Below, piece by piece: positions 1 through 10,656 of a DNA stretch of 64,000 nucleotides (position 1 is the stretch's first letter; each line of letters starts with the position of its first letter). Origin of the DNA: a virus (taxonomy: Duplodnaviria; Caudoviricetes); the IMG/VR virus record IMGVR_UViG_3300020460_000013, positions 1 to 64,000 of that record; one strand, given 5' to 3'. Made by a program: the position numbers and the translations under genes. The notes under the pieces were generated by a model. It was not told the DNA's origin and ran no database searches. It saw only the letters and a list, made by a program, of their open reading frames with translations.

Positions 1-1045
1 CTGTTGCTAATGCACTACCTTCATCTTTTATTGTTATTGCAGAACCACCACCAGATGATGCAATTGTTATTGAATCAGTACTAGCATCTGTAGTAAGTGT
101 AATATTAGAACCAGCAACTAATGTTAAAGTGTCAGTTGAACTATCTGCCACTACATCACTTTGACCAGAAACTGCAATTGTTTTAAAAGTATTACTTGCA
201 CCACCAGAAGCTGCAGCTTCTAAACCAATCGTACCTGCTGAGTGGTCATATGTCATTACATAGTTGTCTTGTCCAGAACCTACAGATTGATCTGCATCAA
301 ATGTAAAGTTTCCTAATAATACATTACCTGTTCCATGTGGTTCAATATCAATATTTCTATTTGTTGTCGAAACAATTTTATGTGTTACTACATCAAGATT
401 GCCTGCGAGAGCAGGAGTTGTATCTTCTGAAAGAGCATTAATAGAAATTGCTTGAACTCTAGCAGTTGTATGATATAAATTAGTTGAACCTTCAGTTATT
501 GTATCTGTAGTACCAATCGTATTGGTAGTCGCAGCCCAACCCATATATCCATGTGCAGAACATTGATAATACAAAACAGAAGGAGCATTTTCTGCTACTA
601 CAATTTGTGTATATGCACCAGAATTTCCTGGCGTTCCACTTGATGTAACTCCTGTAGTATATGCAGTATTTTTAGCTGCATCTAGATAAAACCTAAGAGG
701 GTGACCAGAGTTACTTGAATCAGATTGATCAAACTTATAAGTGTTCTTTGGAATTAATTTTAGAAATGGAGAAAATACACCATTAATTTTATATTTGTTA
801 CTAGAACCAGTTCCATGATATGGGTGTGCAGCTGTTGAAGTTGCAACTGTTACATATAAGGTTTGAGCAGATGATTCAAACGCTGTTGCATAATGATCTG
901 AAATAGTAACAACATTACTACTTCCATCACGCATATACATTTTTCGGTCATACGTGTTGATAGCAACTTCACCCTCAACCAAATTAGATGTTGTTGGTAT
1001 GGTTGAGTGGGTATGCGACCTTTTAAGTTTTACATCAATAGCCAT
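1..1045 (-). CDS. Tail-fibre-type virion protein, runs off the window start; C-proximal cupredoxin-like module
   Basis: Not in the ORF track. Hand translation from ATG 1045 with GGAG RBS: MAIDVKLKRSHTHSTIPTTSNLVEGEVAINTYDRK...SGHPLRFY...APSVLYYQCSAHGYMG. Confidence 0.85.
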   Translation of the reverse strand, partial: MAIDVKLKRSHTHSTIPTTSNLVEGEVAINTYDRKMYMRDGSSNVVTISDHYATAFESSAQTLYVTVATSTAAHPYHGTGSSNKYKINGVFSPFLKLIPKNTYKFDQSDSSNSGHPLRFYLDAAKNTAYTTGVTSSGTPGNSGAYTQIVVAENAPSVLYYQCSAHGYMGWAATTNTIGTTDTITEGSTNLYHTTARVQAISINALSEDTTPALAGNLDVVTHKIVSTTNRNIDIEPHGTGNVLLGNFTFDADQSVGSGQDNYVMTYDHSAGTIGLEAAASGGASNTFKTIAVSGQSDVVADSSTDTLTLVAGSNITLTTDASTDSITIASSGGGSAITIKDEGSALAT

Positions 1046-1069
1046 TAGGCGTTTCTCCTATGTGACTAT

Positions 1070-2431
1070 TTAGAATGTTCCACCATCAAGGGAACTGGTA
1101 AAACCAAGAGTATCAGAACTACCAGTATATAATAAAACTTTATCATCAGTATTACTTGCACCACCATCTAATGCAGTTATAGTATCTAGTGCATTCGCAA
1201 CTAAAAGAGAACCTTTTGGAATGGTGCTTAATCCTGTACCACCATGATCTACAGTTAACTCATTAGTTACTGTATCAGTGGCTAAATCAACTGAACTGGC
1301 TGCCATCATTGCATCTGTAACACCACCAGCTGCAATTTTAGTACCACTACTACTAATTGCAAGTCCACTAGCAATTCCAGCACCATCTAATTTAACTAAA
1401 AGTGTTGTTCCAGATTGTTGTAAACCATTACCAGCACTAATATTACCAGCACCAGAAAATTGTGTAAATGCTAATGCTGTTGTTCCTATAGTAATTGTAC
1501 CATTATTTGTTAAAACAAAACCTTGATCAGCATTATTTCCTTCTTCTACAAACACAAATGCACCAGCAGTAATACCAGCACTACTATCAAAGTCAGATGC
1601 TCTTGATGGAGCTCCACTTGCGTTTACTGTGTAGACACCATTTTCTGATTCTGAACCAGTTTGTTGATCTTTGATAAGTATTCTATCTCCAGTTGCAACT
1701 GTTACACCACCAACTGTTTGTCCATTTGCAAACGCAGTAGATAGAGTTCCATGTGCAGTTGTAGCAGCTCTTACAGAACCTTTAACATCTAAACCTTGAA
1801 CCAATCCATCAACATAACTTTTATTAGTAGCGTCACTACCATTCTGTGGAGTTGCAACTTGAGTAATTCTTTTATTAGATGCACTAATTGTTACACCAGT
1901 TCCATTTGCGTCTAATACTAAATTTCCAGTTGCAGAAATAGTATTACCATTTATATTAACATTATCAACATCAAGAGTTGATAAAGTTCCTACTTCAGTA
2001 ATATTATCAAGATTTCCTGTAGTAATTACTGTACCAACATTATTAGTTAATGTGGTGGGTAATGTTATATCAAGATTATTACTAAGAGTAGCTGCACCTT
2101 TTAGAGTTATTGCATGACTACTATCATTATCATCAAAGACAATATTACCTGGCGTTTGATTATCAGCACCTTTTAATTTAATAGTGTCTACTTTACTATT
2201 TGTATCAGTAACTATTGCTGATGATGCAGTTAATGTTCCAAGTGGATGATCCAACATATTTGTAAAATATTGACCACCAATAACTGTTTCAGTTGATCCA
2301 TCACCTATGAATAATCTTTTTCCATTGTTTGCTTGTGTTCCAGCTCCATGTGTATACGCTAATTCACCATCTGCAAGGTTTGATGGTGCTGTAGAAGCTG
2401 TAGATTTTTTTATCTGTATTGTAATTGCCAT
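1070..2431 (-). CDS. Tail fibre / virion structural protein (453 aa)
   Basis: N-terminal IQIKKS...LADGELAY, the fibre motif DATNKSYVD...KGSVRAATT, and C-terminal LDGGTF. Confidence 0.8.
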   Translation of the reverse strand: MAITIQIKKSTASTAPSNLADGELAYTHGAGTQANNGKRLFIGDGSTETVIGGQYFTNMLDHPLGTLTASSAIVTDTNSKVDTIKLKGADNQTPGNIVFDDNDSSHAITLKGAATLSNNLDITLPTTLTNNVGTVITTGNLDNITEVGTLSTLDVDNVNINGNTISATGNLVLDANGTGVTISASNKRITQVATPQNGSDATNKSYVDGLVQGLDVKGSVRAATTAHGTLSTAFANGQTVGGVTVATGDRILIKDQQTGSESENGVYTVNASGAPSRASDFDSSAGITAGAFVFVEEGNNADQGFVLTNNGTITIGTTALAFTQFSGAGNISAGNGLQQSGTTLLVKLDGAGIASGLAISSSGTKIAAGGVTDAMMAASSVDLATDTVTNELTVDHGGTGLSTIPKGSLLVANALDTITALDGGASNTDDKVLLYTGSSDTLGFTSSLDGGTF

Positions 2432-2445
2432 TTTTTATATCCTCT

Positions 2446-2688
2446 CTAAAAACTTCCAGAATTTAGCGTAATGTCCGCTGTTGTATCTAGTTCATTTCGT
2501 GCTGTCCACTTTTGGGTGGTTGAATTATATTGTAGTATTGCACCATTTTGTAATCCTACAGTTGTAACATCAACATTACTAATGTCATTCAAACTAATGG
2601 TAGCAGCCGCAGCTGCACCAGCAGATGGGCCTTGAGGGCCTGGAACTGTAACACGAATTACTTGTGGTTGATTTGTAACTATTGCCAT
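2446..2688 (-). CDS. Small fibre connector (80 aa)
   Basis: GPQGP collagen-like triplet, LxDVD..NGAILQYN...KW fibre motif, ends LNSGSF. Confidence 0.7.
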   Translation of the reverse strand: MAIVTNQPQVIRVTVPGPQGPSAGAAAAATISLNDISNVDVTTVGLQNGAILQYNSTTQKWTARNELDTTADITLNSGSF

Positions 2689-2700
2689 CTTTAACTCCTA

Positions 2701-3039
2701 TTATGCCCTTGATACACTAGGATTGACATTTGCAATCCCTTCTACTACTCTTGTTTTTGTTCCCCCAGGCAAAGTCAAATTAACATCATAAACATATTTA
2801 CCAGATTCAAGTGCAGATGTCTGTGCATCAGTTAACGAAATTGTTACTTGTCCATTTGTTCTTGGCGTTTCAAATGATACATTAAAAGGTACTGAAGTTA
2901 TTGACTCATACGTTTTTCGTAATTGTGCAATTCCAGAATATCCTGTTAGATCTAAAGCTGTTCCATTTCCATCTGCAACACTTATTGTTGTTGTGAATGT
3001 TGTGCCTTGATCTATAAATAAATTTGATATTGTCGCCAT
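2701..3039 (-). CDS. Conserved small virion protein, Ig-like (112 aa)
   Basis: NLFIDQGTTF...DLTGY...GKYVYDV...RVVEG motif typical of T4-like marine phages; late promoter upstream. Confidence 0.8.
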   Translation of the reverse strand: MATISNLFIDQGTTFTTTISVADGNGTALDLTGYSGIAQLRKTYESITSVPFNVSFETPRTNGQVTISLTDAQTSALESGKYVYDVNLTLPGGTKTRVVEGIANVNPSVSRA

Positions 3040-3064
3040 AAAACAAAAAGACTCCTTCTTTGTC

Positions 3065-3072
3065 TATTTATA
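3065..3072 (-). promoter_or_regulatory. T4-type late promoter TATAAATA
   Basis: Exact motif in the intergenic gap upstream of the ORF starting at 3039. Confidence 0.75.
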
Positions 3073-3085
3073 ATGTTTAAACCCT

Positions 3086-6000
3086 CTATGCAATCGCAAG
3101 GAAGATATATCTTGCACCATTTATATTAATTGGACACCCACCATTTTGAGGTAAACTTTGTGTTGCACCATTTGTATATGAGTTTGCCTTCACTGTAAAA
3201 CCATTTGCAAATGGATCTATAACGTCTTGAGTAGCTGGTTGATCAGTTCTATTTAAATATGTGAAATAATCAGAAGCTCCAGTTCTAATATTAGATTGAT
3301 AATAACTGGTACTTGCTTGATGTGCATCTCCACTTTCAAATACTATCCACGGCCCTTTATCATCTTCTCTTTTAATTAATATAAATCTTGCATTACCAGA
3401 AAATCCACAATTAACATTTACATCACTTGTACCAGTTCCAAGATAATATCCAACTTTACTTACACCAGGCAATGTTGCAAACATTATACACTGATGATAA
3501 TAAGGATCACTGCCACCATTATTAGCTGCCTTACCACCACCAAGTGTTATATCTGTAGATGATACTGAAAGACCAGCCGAAAAATGACTACCAGATGCAT
3601 CATCAGCAGATCCAACAGAAATACTTCCATCTCCTACATAATTTGGTGTATTTGTGTTTGTAAATGAATCATCTGCTCTATATGTTCCAAACCCATTATT
3701 ATCGCTTGTGTGTGATCCAGTTCCCCTATTAAACATCATTTTCATGGAAGTCCAATCACCAGAACCAGCTGGTGTCATATCTTTATGATAAACTTCCCAA
3801 CCAGTATTTAAACTACCAAAACTACCAACACCAGTGCTATAATTTGAAAAAACTTGAAACCTTGCCATCTTAAATATTAACATCTCTGGAGCTACACCCA
3901 ATGCATGAGGTTTTGTCATAGTTGTACCACCCCCACGATAATGAATAATATCCATAAAACCTCTTGCTCTTTTAAACATATGAGCATACATTCTAGAATT
4001 TTGATAGTTTGTATTTGTTGGATTAACAACATTCCATGTTTGTGATGTTTGTGGATAAGTCAGACCAAAACCAGAGGACATACTAAAAGGATTAGTTCCT
4101 TTGAAGGTTGTATAAGGAAACAAATCACTTTGAACACGATTATCACGAGCGTCTAAAGTTGATGGAGCATATTTACCCCAACCTCTTGTCATAATTCTCA
4201 TATGATTGTAAGTACTACTATGAATATTCGCATCATTAACTATAACTAAATCTGGTTTGAATAAATTAGGAACTTTGTGATCATTATGTATTGATGTAGA
4301 TGAAATTGAACCAAAAGTTGCAGCTTGATGACCAATAAGACTAAGAGGACTACCAATACTAAAATTATCGCCAACTATTGGATGACTATCTTTTGCTCTA
4401 GAAATAGCATAAACTTGTCTACCTTCGGTTGGAGATAATTCATCTCTACGAATAGCTACGTACAAATACTTAATACCGCCTCGATTCCAATTCCAACTAT
4501 TATACTGTCCATTAGCATAACCATTTTCTCCAGTTGCACTTGTGCCATTTCCTATTCCTCTTACCTCAAAACCATTTGCCATTGGGTGACCAACATCTGA
4601 ATGATCGTGATATTTTCCTCTATCAAATATTGGATCACTACCGATTGAGTGAAATCCTTGCAAATTATATTGAAATGTTGCATCATATCCTTCACCTTGA
4701 GTCCAATCCCAACCTCTTGTTGTATCAAATATAGTCCATCCACCATCACCATCCATAGCTTTAATTAGTACCCATTGAGGCTCCCAACCCAAATCAACAA
4801 ATACACCACTATCGTATGGACTAGGCCCATATGAATTTACAACACCAGGCGAAACATAAGACGCTACTCTTTCATGACCTAGATTATTAGTTGTTGCACT
4901 TGACCAACCATTTCCAGTATAAGATCCTACTGCAATGTTTCCTGTAGTTCTTTGGTCTGCAAACAAATATGCATAATATTTTACACCAGTATTATTACCA
5001 GCTCTTTTTGTAATATAATTAGGGGGTGTATGATTATTTGGATACCCACCAGAAACACCCTCAGCGTGAGAAACAGTAAAATATGTGCTTGTTGGAGTCG
5101 CAGTATTATTAATATCTCCACCAAAATTTTTATGAGGATGTGCAGTATCATGATAATTACCCCAATTATTAAAAGAATTATATTCAAATGCACCATATCT
5201 ATTTAAAAAACCCATTGCATTTGGCATATCTTTATGCCATACTCTTGGATATTCATCAGAAGCAGTAACTTCACTTATCACAATCATTGCAGGCACAGAT
5301 TGTAAATTATGAGAAATTTGTCTATTAGTAGTTCCATCGCCTGTCCATTCTACAAGATCAAAAAACTTTGGATACGCTTTCATTCCCCAAATACAATATT
5401 TTCCACTATCAGAAGATACTGGTGTTTCTGGATGTATTCCAACTTTAGTTCTATCAAAATATCTAATTCCAGAATCATTAAAATAACCATAAAAAGGACT
5501 AGGCTGTTGAAAAGTTGCATATGCATTTGAAACTTGGTTAGGTTCATCATTATTATTTGAACCTACACTTCCTGTTTGTTGGTAGTTAGCTCTTATAGTA
5601 TCTATAACTTGATTATCACAATGTTTTCTTGTTTGTTGATTAGTGACTGAAGTAACATCAATAGTTTTTTCTCTTTTAATATTACCTAAAAGATAAAAAC
5701 CTCTATTAGAATTTGTATTACTCCAAGTATATTCTGAATCTCTTATTGCTATGTACATAACACTCATATCGGCTGCAAAATAAGCTCCACCACCCTGGCC
5801 AGGTACAGTTTTAAAACCTTGACTATGAACAACTAATGTGTCATTTGCACCATTACCTAAATGCCAATCAGCTATTTGAGAACCAGCGTGTGTACCTGTT
5901 ATCGCACCACTAGTACCATTTCTATCCGAACCACCCCAAACTCTTTTTATATGAGATGACTTATCATAACTATCACTGCCCCAATATAATTTTTTATCCA

Positions 6001-7246
6001 GTAAATTATCACCAGAGTTATGTCCACCTAAGTTTCCACTACTTCTCCAATATGGAAATGTCAGTATTGTTTGAGGACGCCAACCAAGATTTACACTCAA
6101 ACCACCTGTCTGATCTGAAGCACTAACTCCAAAATTTCCCACTTTAATCATAGAAGATGAACTTGTATCATGACCCCATAGATAAGCTATATACTCTACG
6201 TTATTTTCATTTGTATAACCACTACAAAGAACTGGATTAGTATTTGTACTATGACCTACTGTAAAATTTGTAGTAGTAGGGGGTTTAGCATTAGTTCCAT
6301 CCCCCATATTATATTTAAGGTCAAATGTTAAAGTATTATAAGATAAACTATTATTCGATCCTAAGTTGTTTTGTGTGCCAGTAGTTGAATCAAACCATTC
6401 TCCAATTTGATTGTTACCAAGAGTTGTATTGTTAATTCCGCCTTCAAATTGTGGATATAATACATATCTTAAACTGGTAAGTTGACCATTCGCTGATGGA
6501 TCAATAACAAAAAGAGTATCATAACGTAAACCAGATGTGTATGTTCCTAATCTTTTAATTATCATTAATCCTGGCTGACATTGTAGACCATGTGATATTT
6601 GACGATCTAAAGTTCCATCGCCTGTCCATTTGACTACATCAAAAAACTTAGGTTTTGCTCTAAAAGTATAACCTAAATATGTTTGACCATCTGTATTTAA
6701 ACAATTAGTTGCTTGTGCTTGTCCATATCCCCATTTATAACCACTTGTTGTATATTGAAAAAAATTAGAGTTCCCTTCTAATGTTGTTTCTTCTGGATAA
6801 TTATTACCTGGCCCGCCATTTGTAAAGAAAACTTTTGAATTTCCTCTTTCTGAATCTAGAAACATAGGAGAAGTTTCCATGTGTCTATTACTATTAGTAC
6901 CTTGTTGTTTTTGTTCTCCATAACCTTTAATAAAAGTCATAGTTTTATTATTAACCATATCAATACCATTGACAATCTCTTGTCCATATGGTGATTGACC
7001 TGTCCACATATCTACAGAATAATAATCATCAATATCAGTAGATGGTGTTCCAGATAAATCAACTCCTGTATCTATTTCTCCTACAGATTGTGGACTTCTA
7101 ACCTCTCCATAACTACCAGTAGTACCACCAAATTGATAAGTAGAAATGTTAAAAAGACCAGTACTGTTACCACCTTCTCCTAAAGGACTACCTTGACCAG
7201 TTTGAGAAACACCAGATGTTGGAAATATTTTTTTCGATTGACTCAC
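3086..7246 (-). CDS. Large putative adhesin / receptor-binding protein with three DUF7483-like repeats (1386 aa)
   Basis: Three FxDxxxW/YxG..H.L...P units; G/N/S/T/Y-rich; GTG start overlaps the upstream TAG. Confidence 0.7.
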   Translation of the reverse strand: MSQSKKIFPTSGVSQTGQGSPLGEGGNSTGLFNISTYQFGGTTGSYGEVRSPQSVGEIDTGVDLSGTPSTDIDDYYSVDMWTGQSPYGQEIVNGIDMVNNKTMTFIKGYGEQKQQGTNSNRHMETSPMFLDSERGNSKVFFTNGGPGNNYPEETTLEGNSNFFQYTTSGYKWGYGQAQATNCLNTDGQTYLGYTFRAKPKFFDVVKWTGDGTLDRQISHGLQCQPGLMIIKRLGTYTSGLRYDTLFVIDPSANGQLTSLRYVLYPQFEGGINNTTLGNNQIGEWFDSTTGTQNNLGSNNSLSYNTLTFDLKYNMGDGTNAKPPTTTNFTVGHSTNTNPVLCSGYTNENNVEYIAYLWGHDTSSSSMIKVGNFGVSASDQTGGLSVNLGWRPQTILTFPYWRSSGNLGGHNSGDNLLDKKLYWGSDSYDKSSHIKRVWGGSDRNGTSGAITGTHAGSQIADWHLGNGANDTLVVHSQGFKTVPGQGGGAYFAADMSVMYIAIRDSEYTWSNTNSNRGFYLLGNIKREKTIDVTSVTNQQTRKHCDNQVIDTIRANYQQTGSVGSNNNDEPNQVSNAYATFQQPSPFYGYFNDSGIRYFDRTKVGIHPETPVSSDSGKYCIWGMKAYPKFFDLVEWTGDGTTNRQISHNLQSVPAMIVISEVTASDEYPRVWHKDMPNAMGFLNRYGAFEYNSFNNWGNYHDTAHPHKNFGGDINNTATPTSTYFTVSHAEGVSGGYPNNHTPPNYITKRAGNNTGVKYYAYLFADQRTTGNIAVGSYTGNGWSSATTNNLGHERVASYVSPGVVNSYGPSPYDSGVFVDLGWEPQWVLIKAMDGDGGWTIFDTTRGWDWTQGEGYDATFQYNLQGFHSIGSDPIFDRGKYHDHSDVGHPMANGFEVRGIGNGTSATGENGYANGQYNSWNWNRGGIKYLYVAIRRDELSPTEGRQVYAISRAKDSHPIVGDNFSIGSPLSLIGHQAATFGSISSTSIHNDHKVPNLFKPDLVIVNDANIHSSTYNHMRIMTRGWGKYAPSTLDARDNRVQSDLFPYTTFKGTNPFSMSSGFGLTYPQTSQTWNVVNPTNTNYQNSRMYAHMFKRARGFMDIIHYRGGGTTMTKPHALGVAPEMLIFKMARFQVFSNYSTGVGSFGSLNTGWEVYHKDMTPAGSGDWTSMKMMFNRGTGSHTSDNNGFGTYRADDSFTNTNTPNYVGDGSISVGSADDASGSHFSAGLSVSSTDITLGGGKAANNGGSDPYYHQCIMFATLPGVSKVGYYLGTGTSDVNVNCGFSGNARFILIKREDDKGPWIVFESGDAHQASTSYYQSNIRTGASDYFTYLNRTDQPATQDVIDPFANGFTVKANSYTNGATQSLPQNGGCPININGARYIFLAIA

Positions 7247-7821
7247 TACTTCAGATCCTGTCCTAATTTAAATGAATATACTGTCGAACCACCATCATGT
7301 GTATAAAATCCAAATAAATCATGAGCTCCTAAAGTATTTGTAATAGTAGGTGCATTTGAACTACCACCAGCCCAATAAAATTCATGATCTGTGGTTGGAT
7401 TAGAAACCCAACTTATTGTTTGTAAAGTTCCAGATGCTGGTTGTTTTAATTTCAAGGTAAAGAAAAATGCAGTTCCATCTCCAGTGTTTGGAGTATTATC
7501 TGGTGCAGGCACATTTGTTAAATCTATACTTGTTACTGAATCACCACTTGCATTTCCACCAAAATTGTGATAGAAGTTATTTCCATTACTAAAATCTAAA
7601 GTAAGAACTCCACTATTAAAAGTTGCAGCTTGAAAATTTTCTACGATACCACCACTTCCTTTTAAATCATTTGCAAAATCAAATGCAGTTGATAATGCAA
7701 GTTTTGCTGGTGTTACAGCAGTATCTTGTATTTCGGCAGTTGTAATTGCATTTGCAGCTACATCTTCTGCAACAATAACATTTGCACCGATTGCTCTTGA
7801 GTTAATTTTTCTAATAGGCAT
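7246..7821 (-). CDS. Short fibre/adaptor protein (191 aa)
   Basis: AVTxAK repeats plus a C-terminal domain shared with three paralogues in this window. Confidence 0.75.
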   Translation of the reverse strand: MPIRKINSRAIGANVIVAEDVAANAITTAEIQDTAVTPAKLALSTAFDFANDLKGSGGIVENFQAATFNSGVLTLDFSNGNNFYHNFGGNASGDSVTSIDLTNVPAPDNTPNTGDGTAFFFTLKLKQPASGTLQTISWVSNPTTDHEFYWAGGSSNAPTITNTLGAHDLFGFYTHDGGSTVYSFKLGQDLK

Positions 7822-7855
7822 TTTCTATTATCCTGTTTTTATCTATTTATTTCTT

Positions 7856-10654
7856 CTATTCATCTACAAAAGCAAGAAATATTCTTCTTGTTTGGTGTGT
7901 TGAATTGTAAGTTCCTTCATTAAATTGTCCTGTTCTTACAACAGTAAATCCACCAGCAGGCCCACCATAAGTAGGATGTGGTCTTATAGTTTCATGACTT
8001 ATATTATTAGTATTACCAGTTTCTTCATATTGAGTATTATTCCTAAAATGATCAAATCGTTGAAGTCTAGTTAAATATCCACCATTACCATCATTTGCAG
8101 ATGCACTATAATTACCACCACCATATATTGAACCAGATGATTTTGTCCAAAGATAAGGAAAACCATGCTGATCCCATCTCCAAACCATAACAAATTGTGG
8201 TTGTTTATTTCCAAATCCACAATCTACATCATTATGACCAGTATGGCCAGGAATGCTAGCCCAATTAGGATCTATCATATCAAAGTAACCTACTTTACTA
8301 ATTCCAGGCAGAGTTGCGAAAAGATACACAATATAAGGTTTTGGTATACCACTACTGCCACTTCCACCAGCTGTATGATTAAGAGCAGTTTGATAAGATG
8401 TATTTCCTAAGTATATGTATTTTTCTGGTTCTGGGCCTCCAGTTAAGGTATCATAAGAAGGTAAATATTGATCATTTCCCATATCTGATGTTGGCCAAGT
8501 GTTATTCGTGTTGGTCAAATTATTTTGATAGTTACTCATTAACATATTTGAATTACCACCAGTATTTCTGTGAGAAAGATACTCTGGTAAAACTTTATAA
8601 TCTTTATGCCATAAATACCACGGCGAGGTATGTGCAGTAATACCATTAGCTTGATATGTGTTATAAGTTTGCCACATTTCATTTGATAGAGGTTTAATAA
8701 TAATTAATTCTGGTTTTACACCTAAGTTATGAGCTAATGCTCTGCCTGGAGCTGACGAATAAGTTTGACCATCACCTATGTAGATAAAAGAGTCATAAAA
8801 ACCTTTTCCTCTTTTTAAAAGAAAATTTACCCAATTTTTTGAAGTATCACCAGCCGAAGAATTTGCATCAAGTTCAACTAACTGATCTGGTTCTTTATTT
8901 GTTTCATCATTTTGAGCAGATAACAATGAAAAAGGAGATCCACGAAATTCGTATCTAGTAGGCCCATATCCTACTCCATAACCAGAACCTTCCTCTTCGT
9001 TCCTAACTGGTCTTAAACTTCTACTAGATCTTAGTCTATCAAAAATATGTGTTGCTGCATTATAAGTAGATCCAACTGTATCTCTTGGTACTCTCCACCA
9101 AGTATCAGAACTTCTTAATCTTTGATTAACATTTGCAGGCCAAGGTGATGACCAAGCACTATCAGCAGACGATTTAAAAACTTGAGCGATTGAAGTTGGT
9201 TGAGGCATTGATTTTTTTATTGCTAACCAACATACAGTATATGTGTGTTGAGTATCTCTACCCTTTAATACAGAATTTTGATCAAAATGGTTTGTGCCTC
9301 CAATTTTAAATCCTCTTGGATAAATTATTAAGTTATTACAACTTCTAGCTTGATTTCCTATATCATAACCAGTATGATCTCCAAATGAGAAAAATGGATC
9401 ATTGAAATGGTCAGTACCAACTGCTCCAGATGGTGGATTTGCTATTTCTGTGTGTCTATGCCATGCACCATTCATACCACCAAGTTCATTATCAAAAAAA
9501 TAAAATTGAGAAAAATATTGAGTAAACTGATTAGTTAGAGATCCAGTGGTCAGATCTATGGGTCTATTGATTGCTCTTACCATTAAAAAAGATGGTTCAA
9601 ATCCAATATCAATGTAGTTATCATTAGAATCACCCATACCAAGGCCTGCTCCACTATTACCATATGGATTAGTAGCAGTAGAAGTAGCATTTCCATAATA
9701 ATAATAACCAGTTCTTATAATACTGTCTGTAGATGTATCATTTGCCCATAAGTAAGCAACATACTTTCTACCAGAGGTATTTGTATGTGCATGACCTACT
9801 CTAAATTTATATGCATCTGGTAAACTTGTTCCCCATATATTATTAAAGGTAGCTAAACCATTATAATTAAAAGTTCCAGTATTATTCCAACCACCAACAA
9901 AATTAAGTGCAGAGTTAACAGAATCAGTTTGATTACCATTAAAACTAGTATTGCCATAGTCTGAAAATCTACATGGAACAAAAGCAGGATTTGCTGAAGT
10001 AGATGTTCCTGTGGCTTGTACTTCTCTATCAAAAATTATCATAAAACCTGGCGTTACACCTAATCCATGCTCAAGTTCTTGATTAGTTGTTCCATCGCCA
10101 GTATATGTTATAACATCAAAAAACTTTTCGGCACGTCTAAAGGTGAGTGAATGAAAAGATGGTCTATTAGTTGCAGTTACATTACTTACATCTACACTAA
10201 GTTGTGATCTATTTACTTGCGGCCATGTTCCTAACTGATATCCATTGGTATAGAATTGTTTTATTGCTTCGTTATTAGAAATTTCAGTATTTGAACCAGA
10301 TGCATAAGTAAAGCCTGGATTGTTTGTAGCACTTCCAGTTGTTGGATAATAAGTACTGGTAAGGCCTGGTAAAGGAAAAGCTCTATCTCCACCTCTTTCT
10401 GTGTCAATAAATGACCAAACACCCATGCTAGAATTAATTGATTGTGTTGCAGTATATTCACTCCAAGCATCCATAAGTTTAGTAATAACTAAACCACCAT
10501 TATCTAATAAATTTACATTATTGTGTATGTCTAAAGCTGTATTGTTAGTTGATCTGTATGTAAAAGATGAAAATACTTCACCACTTTCACCAGATGTTGA
10601 TAAAGGGGCAATACCACCAGAACCACCTTTTGAAAATTTTCTCCATATACTCAT
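7856..10654 (-). CDS. Large putative adhesin with two DUF7483-like repeats (932 aa)
   Basis: FFDVITYTGDG..HGLGVTP and FYDSFIYIGDG..HNLGVKP; shares FATLPGxSKVGY with the 1386-aa protein. Confidence 0.7.
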   Translation of the reverse strand: MSIWRKFSKGGSGGIAPLSTSGESGEVFSSFTYRSTNNTALDIHNNVNLLDNGGLVITKLMDAWSEYTATQSINSSMGVWSFIDTERGGDRAFPLPGLTSTYYPTTGSATNNPGFTYASGSNTEISNNEAIKQFYTNGYQLGTWPQVNRSQLSVDVSNVTATNRPSFHSLTFRRAEKFFDVITYTGDGTTNQELEHGLGVTPGFMIIFDREVQATGTSTSANPAFVPCRFSDYGNTSFNGNQTDSVNSALNFVGGWNNTGTFNYNGLATFNNIWGTSLPDAYKFRVGHAHTNTSGRKYVAYLWANDTSTDSIIRTGYYYYGNATSTATNPYGNSGAGLGMGDSNDNYIDIGFEPSFLMVRAINRPIDLTTGSLTNQFTQYFSQFYFFDNELGGMNGAWHRHTEIANPPSGAVGTDHFNDPFFSFGDHTGYDIGNQARSCNNLIIYPRGFKIGGTNHFDQNSVLKGRDTQHTYTVCWLAIKKSMPQPTSIAQVFKSSADSAWSSPWPANVNQRLRSSDTWWRVPRDTVGSTYNAATHIFDRLRSSRSLRPVRNEEEGSGYGVGYGPTRYEFRGSPFSLLSAQNDETNKEPDQLVELDANSSAGDTSKNWVNFLLKRGKGFYDSFIYIGDGQTYSSAPGRALAHNLGVKPELIIIKPLSNEMWQTYNTYQANGITAHTSPWYLWHKDYKVLPEYLSHRNTGGNSNMLMSNYQNNLTNTNNTWPTSDMGNDQYLPSYDTLTGGPEPEKYIYLGNTSYQTALNHTAGGSGSSGIPKPYIVYLFATLPGISKVGYFDMIDPNWASIPGHTGHNDVDCGFGNKQPQFVMVWRWDQHGFPYLWTKSSGSIYGGGNYSASANDGNGGYLTRLQRFDHFRNNTQYEETGNTNNISHETIRPHPTYGGPAGGFTVVRTGQFNEGTYNSTHQTRRIFLAFVDE

Positions 10655-10656
10655 AT

